Of a DNA stretch of 64,000 nt, positions 27,892 through 36,944 are shown piece by piece. Below the pieces are notes generated by a model. It searched no databases and had not been told where the DNA came from. It worked only from the letters and a program-made list of their open reading frames with translations. The translations under genes were made by a program, and so were the position numbers. Source of the DNA: Candidatus Stahliibacteriota bacterium (GTDB lineage: Bacteria; Hydrothermota; Tepidihabitantia; SM23-42); contig JAUWCU010000002.1 in assembly GCA_030609135.1 (NCBI GenBank), positions 4,798 through 68,797 on the forward strand, given 5' to 3'. Within the stretch, counting starts at the first letter, position 1; each line of letters begins with the position of its first letter.

Positions 27892-29246
27892 AACTAGCAA
27901 CTTCAGGCTTTTGGTCTCCAATAGCTGATTTCGTAATATATCTAATATTACCATTTATGCTGCTGCTTGCCTTTTGTATAACAATTCATGAGTTTGGCCA
28001 TTTTTTGTTTGCCAAAATATTTGGCATACCGGTGGAGAAATTCTCAATAGGCTATGGTCCACCTCTTATAAGAGTGAAGATCGGTGAGACTGATTTTCGA
28101 ATTGCTTATTTCCCGTTGGGTGGTTACATAAAGATGGCTGGCGAAGATGAAGGTAAAATTCTAAAACATGAGAATGAACCGTTGCCAGAGCCCAAAACCA
28201 AACTACCTCGAGAAGAAAAGGCTGGTTTCTATGATGCGCCCATATATAAACGTATTATCGTGGTGTCAGCCGGACCAATGTTCAACATAATATCCGCAAT
28301 TATTGTCATGGCATTCACCTTTAGCATACTAGGCATTGCGGTTGATTATTCAACAACGATAGAAGTTGAGGAAAACGGCTATGCTGCACAGGTGGGATTT
28401 ATGAGCGGTGACTCAGTTATATCGGCAAATGACATACCAATTAATAACTGGGACGAATTCATTGAAATCTTGGCAAAAAACATCGATGGTGAAATCATAG
28501 TTAGCATAATAAGAGATGGCGAGGAAATTACACGTGCACTGAGAGTTGTCCCTGACTCGCTCGGTTTTACGAATTTCGTTGAACCACGCGCAGGTGCTGT
28601 AAAAAAAGGTGGTCCCGCTCACAAGGCAGGTATAACAGCAGGTGATAGGATACTGACAATAGATGGGTGCGATGTGCAGTCATGGACCGAGATGGTTAAT
28701 ATTGTAAGAAATTCTAAAAAGCCAGAGCTTCTATTTGAATGGGAACATAATGGTGAAACTAAAACTGCGTACATCGCGCCAGAGTCGGACTATGATTTTC
28801 TGTTAAATGATACGATTCGGAAAGTTGATATTCTTAAACCTCATAGACGTCAGTTCATTTCGATCCTTAGAGCACTAAGACTTTCATTTACTCGTACTCA
28901 TAACTTGATTGTGCTCACGTTGGATATGTTATATCAAATGATTACAGGTAAAATATCAAGAAAGGCACTCGGCGGTCCGATTGCGATTGCGAAATTAAGC
29001 AGGGAATCTGCTAAGTGGGGATTTGAGTTCCTGCTCGGTCTTCTGGCAGTTATTTCCGTAAATCTTGGGATTGTAAACCTCTTTCCTATCCCAGCACTTG
29101 ATGGTGGTCACATTCTTATCGGTACAATAGAAGCGGTAAGACGTAAGCGCTTCAGCAAAAAAACAATACTTATTATGCAACAGATTGGCTATGCGTTCAT
29201 TCTCCTCCTCATTTTGTTCGTTACATTCAACGATATCACGAGATGA
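27885..29246 (+). CDS. rseP: RIP metalloprotease RseP (M50 zinc protease with PDZ domain)
   Basis: HEFGHFLFAK HExxH in TM1, an internal PDZ domain, and a C-terminal LDGGH motif. Confidence 0.85.
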   Translation: MLELATSGFWSPIADFVIYLILPFMLLLAFCITIHEFGHFLFAKIFGIPVEKFSIGYGPPLIRVKIGETDFRIAYFPLGGYIKMAGEDEGKILKHENEPLPEPKTKLPREEKAGFYDAPIYKRIIVVSAGPMFNIISAIIVMAFTFSILGIAVDYSTTIEVEENGYAAQVGFMSGDSVISANDIPINNWDEFIEILAKNIDGEIIVSIIRDGEEITRALRVVPDSLGFTNFVEPRAGAVKKGGPAHKAGITAGDRILTIDGCDVQSWTEMVNIVRNSKKPELLFEWEHNGETKTAYIAPESDYDFLLNDTIRKVDILKPHRRQFISILRALRLSFTRTHNLIVLTLDMLYQMITGKISRKALGGPIAIAKLSRESAKWGFEFLLGLLAVISVNLGIVNLFPIPALDGGHILIGTIEAVRRKRFSKKTILIMQQIGYAFILLLILFVTFNDITR

Positions 29247-29351
29247 TTGACATCATCTCAGAATTTAGACAGATTATTGCGGATTCAAACGGATATTGTC
29301 ATCTGTATACATCTGCTGTAATCCGTCTGAATCAAATAGTTCTTTAGAACT

Positions 29352-30656
29352 ATGAGAATTTTATTCTACAACCCGGCAACAACCCAGAAAAGATATGAGT
29401 CCTACGAGGCAATAAAGGGAAGCGCCTTTTTCCGCAGACCCAATTATGACGCAATGCGTCTTTCTTTCCTATCAAAAACACATGACTTCAGATATTATGA
29501 TGAACGTATTGAAAAAAAGCCCGAGTTCACACCCGATCTGGTCGTTGTCAACGTACCTCTTAACCTTTCGCGCTACGTTTCATCGACAATAAGAAAAAAC
29601 TGGCCGCGGGATACCAAGGTGATCTCATATGGATTCTTCCCAACGCTCTTTCCTGAACGCAACAAGAAATTCGCCGATAGTACAATAATCGGTGACGTAG
29701 CTAATATCTGGAAAAGAATTCTTGCACACGCAGAAAGCGGCAAGCTTTTAAAAGCCTACAACTCAAATCGGAAAGACCAGTTCAGCATTGACCGCACAAT
29801 TGAAATTAAGTATGGCTTAACCCCGGCGCTGTCACAACTGAAAACATCCTTTGGCTGCACGTGTCTCAAACGCAACAAGGATTTCTGCTATGAGAACATC
29901 ATGTACAAAAGACTGGTCCAGTGGGATCTCGACGAGGCAATCCATGCAGTCGCGCATATAAAGCGGAAAATTGTTTTCTTGCGTGATGATGACTTCTTCC
30001 ATGATATTGACTATGCAATTAACTTTCTAGAAAAGTGCTGGCGCTTCAAGAAAATGTGGATATGTCAAAGTACAGGACGATTGTTCGAGCACCCTAAATT
30101 GTTCCCTGTACTACGCGACAATGGCGTCCGCATCATACACCTAAAAGAAGACTGGTTAGGCAATGACCTGGTGTACAAAATTGATGACCCGGATTTCCTT
30201 AAGGATAAGAAGCGTCAAATCGAACTACTCCATAGTAACAGAATAGCATGTGGTCTTTTGTTGAGACTTGGTTTTGAAGGTGAAGATTTTACTTTCTATC
30301 GAAAATTGCTGAAGCTTCTTCTGAATGTTAAAGTCGATATGGTCAAGGTTACTGTTCAGACACCAATGCCGAATACTGAGACCTTTCGCCGATATCAAAA
30401 GGATGGTTTCATCGCACAAGATCTGACCCTCTACGATCAATGGATGCCGGTCGTTCAAATCCCGGGCATGAGCCCACAAGCCCTTTATTCATGGATGGAG
30501 TGGTTGCGTGATAGGTTCTATTCCTGGGATTCTATTCTCTACAGAAACATCTCGGTTTCACCAAGACTCGGTCTTTACAATACTATGCTGTTCAACCTTT
30601 TACCTAATCTTTCATATCGTAACAATTTCCTTGAGAAAGTGGGCTATCCGCCCTAA
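29352..30656 (+). CDS. B12-binding-domain/radical-SAM-like protein with a non-canonical cysteine motif
   Basis: The N-terminal Rossmann-like region (RILFYNP...) resembles the cobalamin-binding domain of class B radical SAM enzymes; TIM-barrel-like core and DUF4070-like C-terminus. In place of CxxxCxxC the sequence is GCTCLKRNKDFC (CxC-x8-C). Confidence 0.55.
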   Translation: MRILFYNPATTQKRYESYEAIKGSAFFRRPNYDAMRLSFLSKTHDFRYYDERIEKKPEFTPDLVVVNVPLNLSRYVSSTIRKNWPRDTKVISYGFFPTLFPERNKKFADSTIIGDVANIWKRILAHAESGKLLKAYNSNRKDQFSIDRTIEIKYGLTPALSQLKTSFGCTCLKRNKDFCYENIMYKRLVQWDLDEAIHAVAHIKRKIVFLRDDDFFHDIDYAINFLEKCWRFKKMWICQSTGRLFEHPKLFPVLRDNGVRIIHLKEDWLGNDLVYKIDDPDFLKDKKRQIELLHSNRIACGLLLRLGFEGEDFTFYRKLLKLLLNVKVDMVKVTVQTPMPNTETFRRYQKDGFIAQDLTLYDQWMPVVQIPGMSPQALYSWMEWLRDRFYSWDSILYRNISVSPRLGLYNTMLFNLLPNLSYRNNFLEKVGYPP

Positions 30657-31540
30657 TTACCGAGTATTTTTAACCGCGCTTCAGTTCTAACCAAATAATT
30701 TTTTGCACCTTCGTGAGTGGGTTGATACTTGAGGACAGTTTTGAGTAGAGATAAGGCGCCGTTGTAATCTTCGTCAAGAAATTTACTGACCGCGGTGCTA
30801 TACATCCTCTCTATCTCTTCAGCAGAAATCTTCGCAGTTTTGCTTTTTTGTTTACTTACGTCTTTCTTTTTTTGAAATAACCGTGAATCGGCTTCTTCCA
30901 TTTGTGCAAGTGCTGTCTCGTTGAGCGAATCGATAGCAACCACTTTGTTATAGTAATAATAGGCATCGGCAAGTTTGCCAGAATCTTCGAGCGCGCGGGC
31001 GTAGTCAAGTAGACTACCTATGCAGACTATCTTTTTCGCCTCGTATAGTTCATTAATACTGTCCCTGGTGGCAACAGGATAATCATATTTTTCAAGCGCG
31101 GCAATATATCGCTCGGCTAATGTGATTTCACCATTCTCAATGGCATTGTGAAATGCTTCCAGATAGATATTTAGAGAATCGGTTTGTTTTTCCAAGGCAA
31201 GGCGATCAAAAGTCTTTACCATGTCAAAAACAAATCGTTTACCTTCAGTACTTATTGCTATGGATTTTTTTAACATCTCGTAGTCTTCGGCTTCAAGAAT
31301 AAAAGCGTACGTATCTGGCTTAAGTGCAACGCAAAAACTGCTTCGTGTCGTCTTGAAAGACTGACCGAGTTCTTCAACCGTCACCTTGACTAATGGTATG
31401 GAATCATGAGTAAGCGAATCACGAATCACTGCAGAAACATTGATTGTTTCCGCCTGGAGAAATGCACTACTATATAGATCGCCGTTATTGAAAGATACAA
31501 TCAGTTGTGCGATCATAGCTAAAATTATCGATCTTAACAC
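30653..31540 (-). CDS. Secreted hypothetical protein with a TPR-like helical region
   Basis: 295 aa with an N-terminal signal/TM segment and an alpha-helical repeat C-terminus. Confidence 0.5.
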   Translation of the reverse strand: MLRSIILAMIAQLIVSFNNGDLYSSAFLQAETINVSAVIRDSLTHDSIPLVKVTVEELGQSFKTTRSSFCVALKPDTYAFILEAEDYEMLKKSIAISTEGKRFVFDMVKTFDRLALEKQTDSLNIYLEAFHNAIENGEITLAERYIAALEKYDYPVATRDSINELYEAKKIVCIGSLLDYARALEDSGKLADAYYYYNKVVAIDSLNETALAQMEEADSRLFQKKKDVSKQKSKTAKISAEEIERMYSTAVSKFLDEDYNGALSLLKTVLKYQPTHEGAKNYLVRTEARLKILGN

Positions 31541-31592
31541 TCACACCCCCTTCTACGATATTATAGTAAATAATAGTAAAAAATCAATAGAC

Positions 31593-32276
31593 CTATGCCA
31601 TGCCAAGATACTTGTGGACCTGAGGTATTATCCTCACATCATTTAGCCGCTCAAGTGCAGTTTTCTGAATATCGAGGATATTTGGTATAACACATTCAAA
31701 GACCGGCTGAATAATGAGTGGTATGTTCTTATCTACACCGACGATGATTTCACACACTTTGTCCAATTCCTGAGGCAATAGATTTTCATTAATCACCATC
31801 TTCACGAACACGTTTTTACAGGCGGCTATCTTAAGACATTTCTTATGTTCATTCCAGAGTTTGGGACGTCCAGTTGCCGTGGGGATCTTGAAATCCAGTG
31901 ATACCGTATTCATGTACTTAATGAGCTTCTTGAGTTTATCAGGCAAAGCACCGTTGGTGTCGAGGTAGATATCCTTTTTCATCTGACGAATACTCCTGCA
32001 CAACTCACCAAGAAAATCCATTTGCAGCAAAGGTTCACCACCAGTAATCGCGATTTCATCAGCATCCAGTTTATCAAGGAGGAAATCTACTTCAACCGGG
32101 TTAGGCGATAGTTCTCCAGCATAGACAAAAGGACCTTCCGTTTTTTGAGTGTTTGGTGTATCGCAATAATTGCAGGAAAGGTTGCATCCTAAAAATCTTA
32201 TAAAGGTCTGTCGCTTCCCCACCTTAATGCCTTCACCCTGGATAGATGTAAATATTTCTCTAATATAACCCTTCAT
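31593..32276 (-). CDS. queE: 7-carboxy-7-deazaguanine synthase
   Basis: MKGYIREIFTSIQGEG...GCNLSCNYCDTP is the QueE N-terminus with its CxxxCxxC cluster motif. Start set at the ATG at 32276; the 28-codon upstream extension in the ORF track runs through the repeat array. Confidence 0.8.
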   Translation of the reverse strand: MKGYIREIFTSIQGEGIKVGKRQTFIRFLGCNLSCNYCDTPNTQKTEGPFVYAGELSPNPVEVDFLLDKLDADEIAITGGEPLLQMDFLGELCRSIRQMKKDIYLDTNGALPDKLKKLIKYMNTVSLDFKIPTATGRPKLWNEHKKCLKIAACKNVFVKMVINENLLPQELDKVCEIIVGVDKNIPLIIQPVFECVIPNILDIQKTALERLNDVRIIPQVHKYLGMA

Positions 32277-32282
32277 GCAGAA

Positions 32283-32476
32283 AAACGCAGCATCATCCCT
32301 TTGGGATTCGCAGTACCACCCCGACAAAGTCGAGGTTTGCAGTATCGCCCCGCCATGCAAGAATGGCGGAACTTGCAGTATCGCCTTCGGCTCGCAATGT
32401 AAAATAAAAGAAAGCGTTTTCTGCGAACGTAGTGATCCTGCGAACGTGGTGATCCTGCGAGCGTAGCGATCCTACG
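32283..32476. repeat. Palindromic repeat array (inverted copy of the 8186-8375 family) including 17-nt tandem repeats
   Basis: gcagtatcgccccgccatgcaagaatggcggaacttgcagtatcgcc is the reverse complement of the GATACTGCAAGTTCCGCCAT...unit. The 17-mer TGCGAACGTRGTGATCC is repeated about 3.3 times at 32422-32476; the array sits between the queE ATG and the upstream gene stop. Confidence 0.55.
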
Positions 32477-32481
32477 TTTAA

Positions 32482-33039
32482 TTATTCCACCCATTTCACT
32501 TTACAACGCGCCTTATCAATGTTTGCGTACTCTTCTTTGTATTTAGTCATGACTTGTTCGGCAAACCTATGCGGATCAATATCAAAGTCTTTCAAACCCC
32601 TTGTCTTCACCGGCGTATTATCGGACACAATATTAATGCCAAAGTGTATGAGTGAAGATAACGGTGTTACTGTTGCAATGGAAATCGACAGCTTGGCATC
32701 GCCATCATATAAATCACTACCTCGCCTTGTAATGTTAATGTCACGGCACATCTCATTCAAGACTTCGCCAATAATGGTGGTCAAGACAAGTTGCCTTAGT
32801 ACTGCTTTTTCAAGATCAGTATCATAGTGTTCTATAATGAAATGCAACATCGACGCAGAGTATATTTTTGCATCGGCTTTGACATCCTCAATATCAGCCA
32901 TCTGCTCAGTCGGAATATCGCACTTGCCACAAAAAGCAATGATTGAATCGCCAAGCATGTCAAATTCAGTAAATGCATAATTGCTGTGTAATTGTCCACC
33001 AGTATAGGCTATCTCTTGCTTAATATATTTCGTTTTCAT
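32482..33039 (-). CDS. Conserved hypothetical protein (possibly DUF366-like)
   Basis: 185 aa, no TM; weak recollection of DUF366-type proteins. Function unknown. Confidence 0.5.
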   Translation of the reverse strand: MKTKYIKQEIAYTGGQLHSNYAFTEFDMLGDSIIAFCGKCDIPTEQMADIEDVKADAKIYSASMLHFIIEHYDTDLEKAVLRQLVLTTIIGEVLNEMCRDINITRRGSDLYDGDAKLSISIATVTPLSSLIHFGINIVSDNTPVKTRGLKDFDIDPHRFAEQVMTKYKEEYANIDKARCKVKWVE

Positions 33040-33293
33040 TCTTCAACTAACTTAATAAGGTGTTCCTGGGCTGATTTGTAATCCGGGTTCAATTTTAAGA
33101 CGAGTCTGAACGAATCACGTGCCTTATCTTTTTCGTTCAAACCTTCGTAAGCCATACCCAAATTGTAATACAGCTCAGGATTCATCTTGTTTATCTTTTC
33201 AGCTCTTTTCATAACCTTGATAGCCTCTTCAAACTTTTGGCTCAGAATATAGAAATTGCCCAGCTCAAGGAGGTCATCGAATATTTGATTCAT
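33036..33293 (-). CDS. Small TPR-repeat protein (paralogue of 17779-18078)
   Basis: 85 aa; shares NPELYYNLGMAYEG with the other small TPR ORF. Confidence 0.6.
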   Translation of the reverse strand: MNQIFDDLLELGNFYILSQKFEEAIKVMKRAEKINKMNPELYYNLGMAYEGLNEKDKARDSFRLVLKLNPDYKSAQEHLIKLVEE

Positions 33294-33976
33294 AGTTTCT
33301 CGATCTTTTCGAGGTCCTCATTTTTACCGAGCATTATCAATACGTCACCTGATATTACTTCATCGTCACCACCCGGGCCTACAACGATCTCCTCCTTAAA
33401 ATCTGTTGAGCCATCGGGCAGGGTAAACGGCAACTTCCTCTTAATGGCAATCACACTTACTTTGAATTTCTCACGCATTTTCAATTCACTGAGAGTTTTA
33501 TTAACAAGTTTCTTAGGGATAACCATTTCGATTATGCCGTAGGTTTTTGAGAGCTCGATAAAATCAAAGATCTTCGGACTGGCTAGGCTTTCCGCGAGTC
33601 TTTCAGCCATCTCTCTTTCCGGGAAGATAATTCGATCTGCCCCAACTTTTCTTAAGATCTTCGAGTGAAGTTCACTTTTTGCCTTTACGATCACCTTCCT
33701 CAAACCCAGTTCTTTCAAGGATAAGGTGATCATAATACTATCTTCAATGGTCTCGCCCATACTCACTATTGCCGTGTCAAAATCAGTAATACCAAGTTCT
33801 TTCAAACCCTTTTCATCGGTTGCGTCCATGACCACAGCTTGGGAAACAATGCCTTCCATTTCTTTAACGCGTTCTTCATCTTCGTCGATAGCCAGAACAT
33901 CAAAACCCTTTGCGCTAAGTGCCTGGGCAATACTTGATCCAAAGCGGCCTAATCCTATGACGACAAATTGCTTCAT
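33290..33976 (-). CDS. trkA: TrkA/KtrA-type K+ transport regulatory protein (RCK N- and C-domains)
   Basis: N-terminal GLGRFG Rossmann motif (TrkA_N) and a C-terminal TrkA_C region. Confidence 0.8.
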   Translation of the reverse strand: MKQFVVIGLGRFGSSIAQALSAKGFDVLAIDEDEERVKEMEGIVSQAVVMDATDEKGLKELGITDFDTAIVSMGETIEDSIMITLSLKELGLRKVIVKAKSELHSKILRKVGADRIIFPEREMAERLAESLASPKIFDFIELSKTYGIIEMVIPKKLVNKTLSELKMREKFKVSVIAIKRKLPFTLPDGSTDFKEEIVVGPGGDDEVISGDVLIMLGKNEDLEKIEKL

Positions 33977-33985
33977 TAATTCCTC

Positions 33986-34492
33986 CTAATTACCTAAGAT
34001 ACCGAGTTTCTTCTTCAAATATGGTATCAAACCATTGTTCGTAACTATCTTTAAAATAAAATCCGGCAGTTTCTTTGCTTTAATGATTTCATTAGTGCGC
34101 ATGTTTTTAATTATACCGATTAGTAGATCAATTTCAATATCATCGTTGTGCTCAACCTGCTGCGTAATCCCCGGCGCGATAATCACTGGCAGACCCAAAT
34201 TGATTGCATTCCTGTAGAAAATCCGGGCAAAGGTTTCCGCAACAACCGCTCTGACACCAAAATACTTAAGGCAAGTGGCGGCTTGCTCACGGGATGAACC
34301 GCAGCCGAAGTTCTTGCCGCCGACTATGATATCACCGGGATTTGCATTTTTCAGGAATTCAGGATGGACCGCTTCAAAACAATGCTTTGCCATTTCCTCG
34401 CGATCTGCAGTAATAGATAGATACTTACCCGGATAGATCACGTCAGTATTTATATTGTTGCCGAATTTGTATACATGTCCCTTAATCAACAT
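33986..34492 (-). CDS. leuD: Aconitase-family small subunit (3-isopropylmalate dehydratase LeuD-type)
   Basis: NTDVIYPGKYL...GKNFGCGSSREQA signature of LeuD/HacB small subunits. Confidence 0.85.
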   Translation of the reverse strand: MLIKGHVYKFGNNINTDVIYPGKYLSITADREEMAKHCFEAVHPEFLKNANPGDIIVGGKNFGCGSSREQAATCLKYFGVRAVVAETFARIFYRNAINLGLPVIIAPGITQQVEHNDDIEIDLLIGIIKNMRTNEIIKAKKLPDFILKIVTNNGLIPYLKKKLGILGN

Positions 34493-35742
34493 GGTTCAGT
34501 TATCTCCCCTTTCAGCGCTGAAGCCGCCACGGTCCCCGGTGAAGCCAGATAAACAAAAGCTTCCGGACTGCCCATCCGCCCCTTAAAATTGCGATTTGTC
34601 GTTGCCAGACAAATTTCTTCAGGAGCAAGTAAACCCTGATGTGCACCGAGGCAAGGTCCGCAACCTGGATTCAATACAAGTCCACCGGCTCGGACAAAAA
34701 TCTCAATATAGCCTTTATGTAGAGCCTCAAGATAGACTCTGCGTGAAGCCGGGATCACTAATAACCGGGTGTCTGGATGTACTGTTTTACCCTCTAAAAT
34801 CTCGGCTGCGGCAGCCAAATCTTCTAATCTCCCATTAGTACACGACCCGATTAATGCCTGGTCAATCTTTAGGCCGGTTATTTCACTGACCGGTTTGACA
34901 TTGTCAACTGAATGTGGACAGGCAACTTGACTCGTTAAGCTACTGACATTGATATTCAATTCACCACTATATTCAACATCTTGATCAGGTAAGATAACCT
35001 GGAAATGTTTATCGGTCCTCTTTTTTAGATACGCTATGGTTTGTTCATCCGGGGGCACAAACGCGACTTTTGCCCCCATTTCCATAGGCAGATTGGAAAG
35101 AACCATACGTGATGCGATAGTCATATGAGATATTGTTTCACCATGGAATTCTACTGCCTGGTAATTGGCACCATCCGCACCCAATATCCCGATAATATGC
35201 AAGATAAGATCCTTTGCCGTTACACAAGGTTTGAATTTCCCATCCACATTAATCTTTATTGATTCCGGTACGCGCAACCATAGTTCTCCGGTTGCCCAAA
35301 CGCCAGCCATTTCCGTAGCCCCAATTCCGGTTGCAAAAGTGCCAAAAGCACCATGTGTAGTTGTATGAGAATCAGTGCCTACTAAGACCTCGCCAGGTAA
35401 ATCATGCCCCAATTCCGCTAAAACCTGGTGACAAATCCCTTGTCTCAAATCATAGAAGTACTTGATCTGCTGTTCTTTTGCAAATGTCCGTAAACGACGA
35501 TGAGTAGCTGCGGTCCTTTCACTATCTGCAGGTATACGGTGATCGAATAGTATGACAATTCTCTCCTTATCCCAAACTTTTTTAACACCGATTTCTTTAA
35601 ACGATCTTAACACAACATCGGCATTTTCATGGGACATAGCCACATCAACTCTTGCCATAACAATTTCGTTAGGCGATACTACTTTTTTACCTGACGCTCT
35701 GGCTAAGATTTTTTCAGCAATCGTTTTATTCATAGAAATCAT
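34486..35742 (-). CDS. leuC: Aconitase-family large subunit (3-isopropylmalate dehydratase LeuC-type, short archaeal-type form)
   Basis: Fe-S cluster ligands and motifs VGTDSHTTTHGA, GSCTNGRLEDL, NPGCGPCLG. Alternative start at Met4 (MNKTIAEKIL). Confidence 0.85.
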   Translation of the reverse strand: MISMNKTIAEKILARASGKKVVSPNEIVMARVDVAMSHENADVVLRSFKEIGVKKVWDKERIVILFDHRIPADSERTAATHRRLRTFAKEQQIKYFYDLRQGICHQVLAELGHDLPGEVLVGTDSHTTTHGAFGTFATGIGATEMAGVWATGELWLRVPESIKINVDGKFKPCVTAKDLILHIIGILGADGANYQAVEFHGETISHMTIASRMVLSNLPMEMGAKVAFVPPDEQTIAYLKKRTDKHFQVILPDQDVEYSGELNINVSSLTSQVACPHSVDNVKPVSEITGLKIDQALIGSCTNGRLEDLAAAAEILEGKTVHPDTRLLVIPASRRVYLEALHKGYIEIFVRAGGLVLNPGCGPCLGAHQGLLAPEEICLATTNRNFKGRMGSPEAFVYLASPGTVAASALKGEITEPC

Positions 35743-35832
35743 TGTAGTCGCTCAATTCATTGAGCAGCCTGATAAATCCCGCAATCCTGTTTGTAGAATT
35801 ATAATACGAAGCGGGATAAATCAGGCAACTAC
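35743..35832. mobile_element. MITE-like repeat, copy 5 (full length), immediately abutting the leuC start codon
   Basis: TGTAGTCGCTCAATTCATTGAGC ... GCCTGATAAATCCCGC...GCGGGATAAATCAGGCAACTAC. The left terminal inverted repeat begins 1 nt after the leuC ATG (35740-35742). Confidence 0.6.
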
Positions 35833-35865
35833 GTTTTTGAAAATCAGATTCATCAAAAGCGTTTA

Positions 35866-36063
35866 ATCCGTCCCTTCGGTGATCTGGTTCATTTAGGTAT
35901 TTAGGCATTTTGGATTTTAGGTATTTGCTTTTTCTCCGGTACACCGTTACTCCCTTACGCCGTTTCCCCCAGTCTCCTTGTCCCCTTATCTTCAAAGATC
36001 CCCTGATCTCCTGACCCCACGTGTCTCCATGTCTCCGTTTCTCCATTTCTCTGTTTCTCCGTT
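35866..36063. repeat. Mosaic repeat modules plus five tandem octamers (GTKTCTCC / reverse-complement GGAGAMAC) ending at the ccl stop codon
   Basis: 35876-35985 share about 100 nt with 55195-55300 (gatctggttcatttagg...acaccgt.actccc.tacgccgtttccccc.gtctcc). 36020-36059 = gtgtctcc atgtctcc gtttctcc atttctct gtttctcc. Confidence 0.5.
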
Positions 36064-36828
36064 TCATTTCGTAATGTCCCGCTCCCATGGTCCATCATAG
36101 GTAACTTCTTGTTCACACATACGACGCATAGGCTTCTGCGTCGTCATTTCCTCGTACACATGTGCGATAAGACCAGCACATCGACCAATTAAAAAGAAAG
36201 CTTTACCGAGTTTCCAATCAAACCCCATATCTGATATGATCGCAGCGATTGCTCCATCGACATTTATGGGTAATGCTTTGCCCTCAGCGAATTCTTCTTT
36301 CAGCGCAAGGCTCAGCTTTATATGCTCTTTAGTGATTTTTAAATCATCAGCCATTTCATAGAGCCGTTTGGTTCGGGGGTCGTTTTTATGGAGGCGATGA
36401 CCAAACCCGGGCATGCGTCTACCCTGCTTTTTAAGAGTCTTTAGTAGTGTCTGAGCAGTTCTTTCATAATCCCACTTTTCCTCTTGCCTTTTCTTTACCC
36501 AATTCTGTAAAATGCGTGCACCATCTTCAATTGCTCCACCGTGGACATCACCAACTGCCAAAATCCCTGCAGCAACTGCACTAGGCAAAGGTACACCAGC
36601 TGAGGCAACGATGCGCGCAGCGTGTGTTGAGGGTGGAGTAACACTGTGGTCAATTGAGGAAGTAATGATTGCATCGATCATTTTCGCTTCTTTTTTATCC
36701 GGCATTCTTCCTCTTATCAGAAGAAAAAATACTGAACTAAATGGTATATTACCGATAAGGTCTTCCTGACGATAGCCGCGTGTTACAATATTATCTGGTT
36801 CAACCTTTGAAATCTTTGTTTGCCACAT
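36064..36828 (-). CDS. Citrate-synthase-like short protein, candidate citryl-CoA lyase (Ccl-like; equivalent to the AclA C-terminal domain)
   Basis: 254 aa containing the citrate synthase signature GFGHRLHKNDPR and catalytic His/Asp region but lacking the N-terminal half of a true citrate synthase. Lies directly downstream of SucC/SucD-like genes. Confidence 0.6.
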   Translation of the reverse strand: MWQTKISKVEPDNIVTRGYRQEDLIGNIPFSSVFFLLIRGRMPDKKEAKMIDAIITSSIDHSVTPPSTHAARIVASAGVPLPSAVAAGILAVGDVHGGAIEDGARILQNWVKKRQEEKWDYERTAQTLLKTLKKQGRRMPGFGHRLHKNDPRTKRLYEMADDLKITKEHIKLSLALKEEFAEGKALPINVDGAIAAIISDMGFDWKLGKAFFLIGRCAGLIAHVYEEMTTQKPMRRMCEQEVTYDGPWERDITK

Positions 36829-36944
36829 AATTGTTCCTCCAAATACCTAAAGTTGTGGGAGAGCCTTTCCAGGCTCGATTTTCGCGGGCAGCCCGCCCCC
36901 AAATATTTTTCCATAGCTTCTTGCCATTAATCGCCTTCTTTGCC

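Noticed and set aside
31593-32360. Longer queE ORF starting at 32360 (MHGGAILQ...)
   Set aside because: The extra 28 codons read through the palindromic repeat array and have no homology. MKGYIREIFTSIQGEG at 32276 is the canonical QueE start.
36064-36828. Full citrate synthase (gltA) call for the 254-aa protein
   Set aside because: The protein is too short (citrate synthases are about 370-430 aa) and lacks the N-terminal oxaloacetate-binding half. It was called citrate-synthase-like/Ccl-like only.
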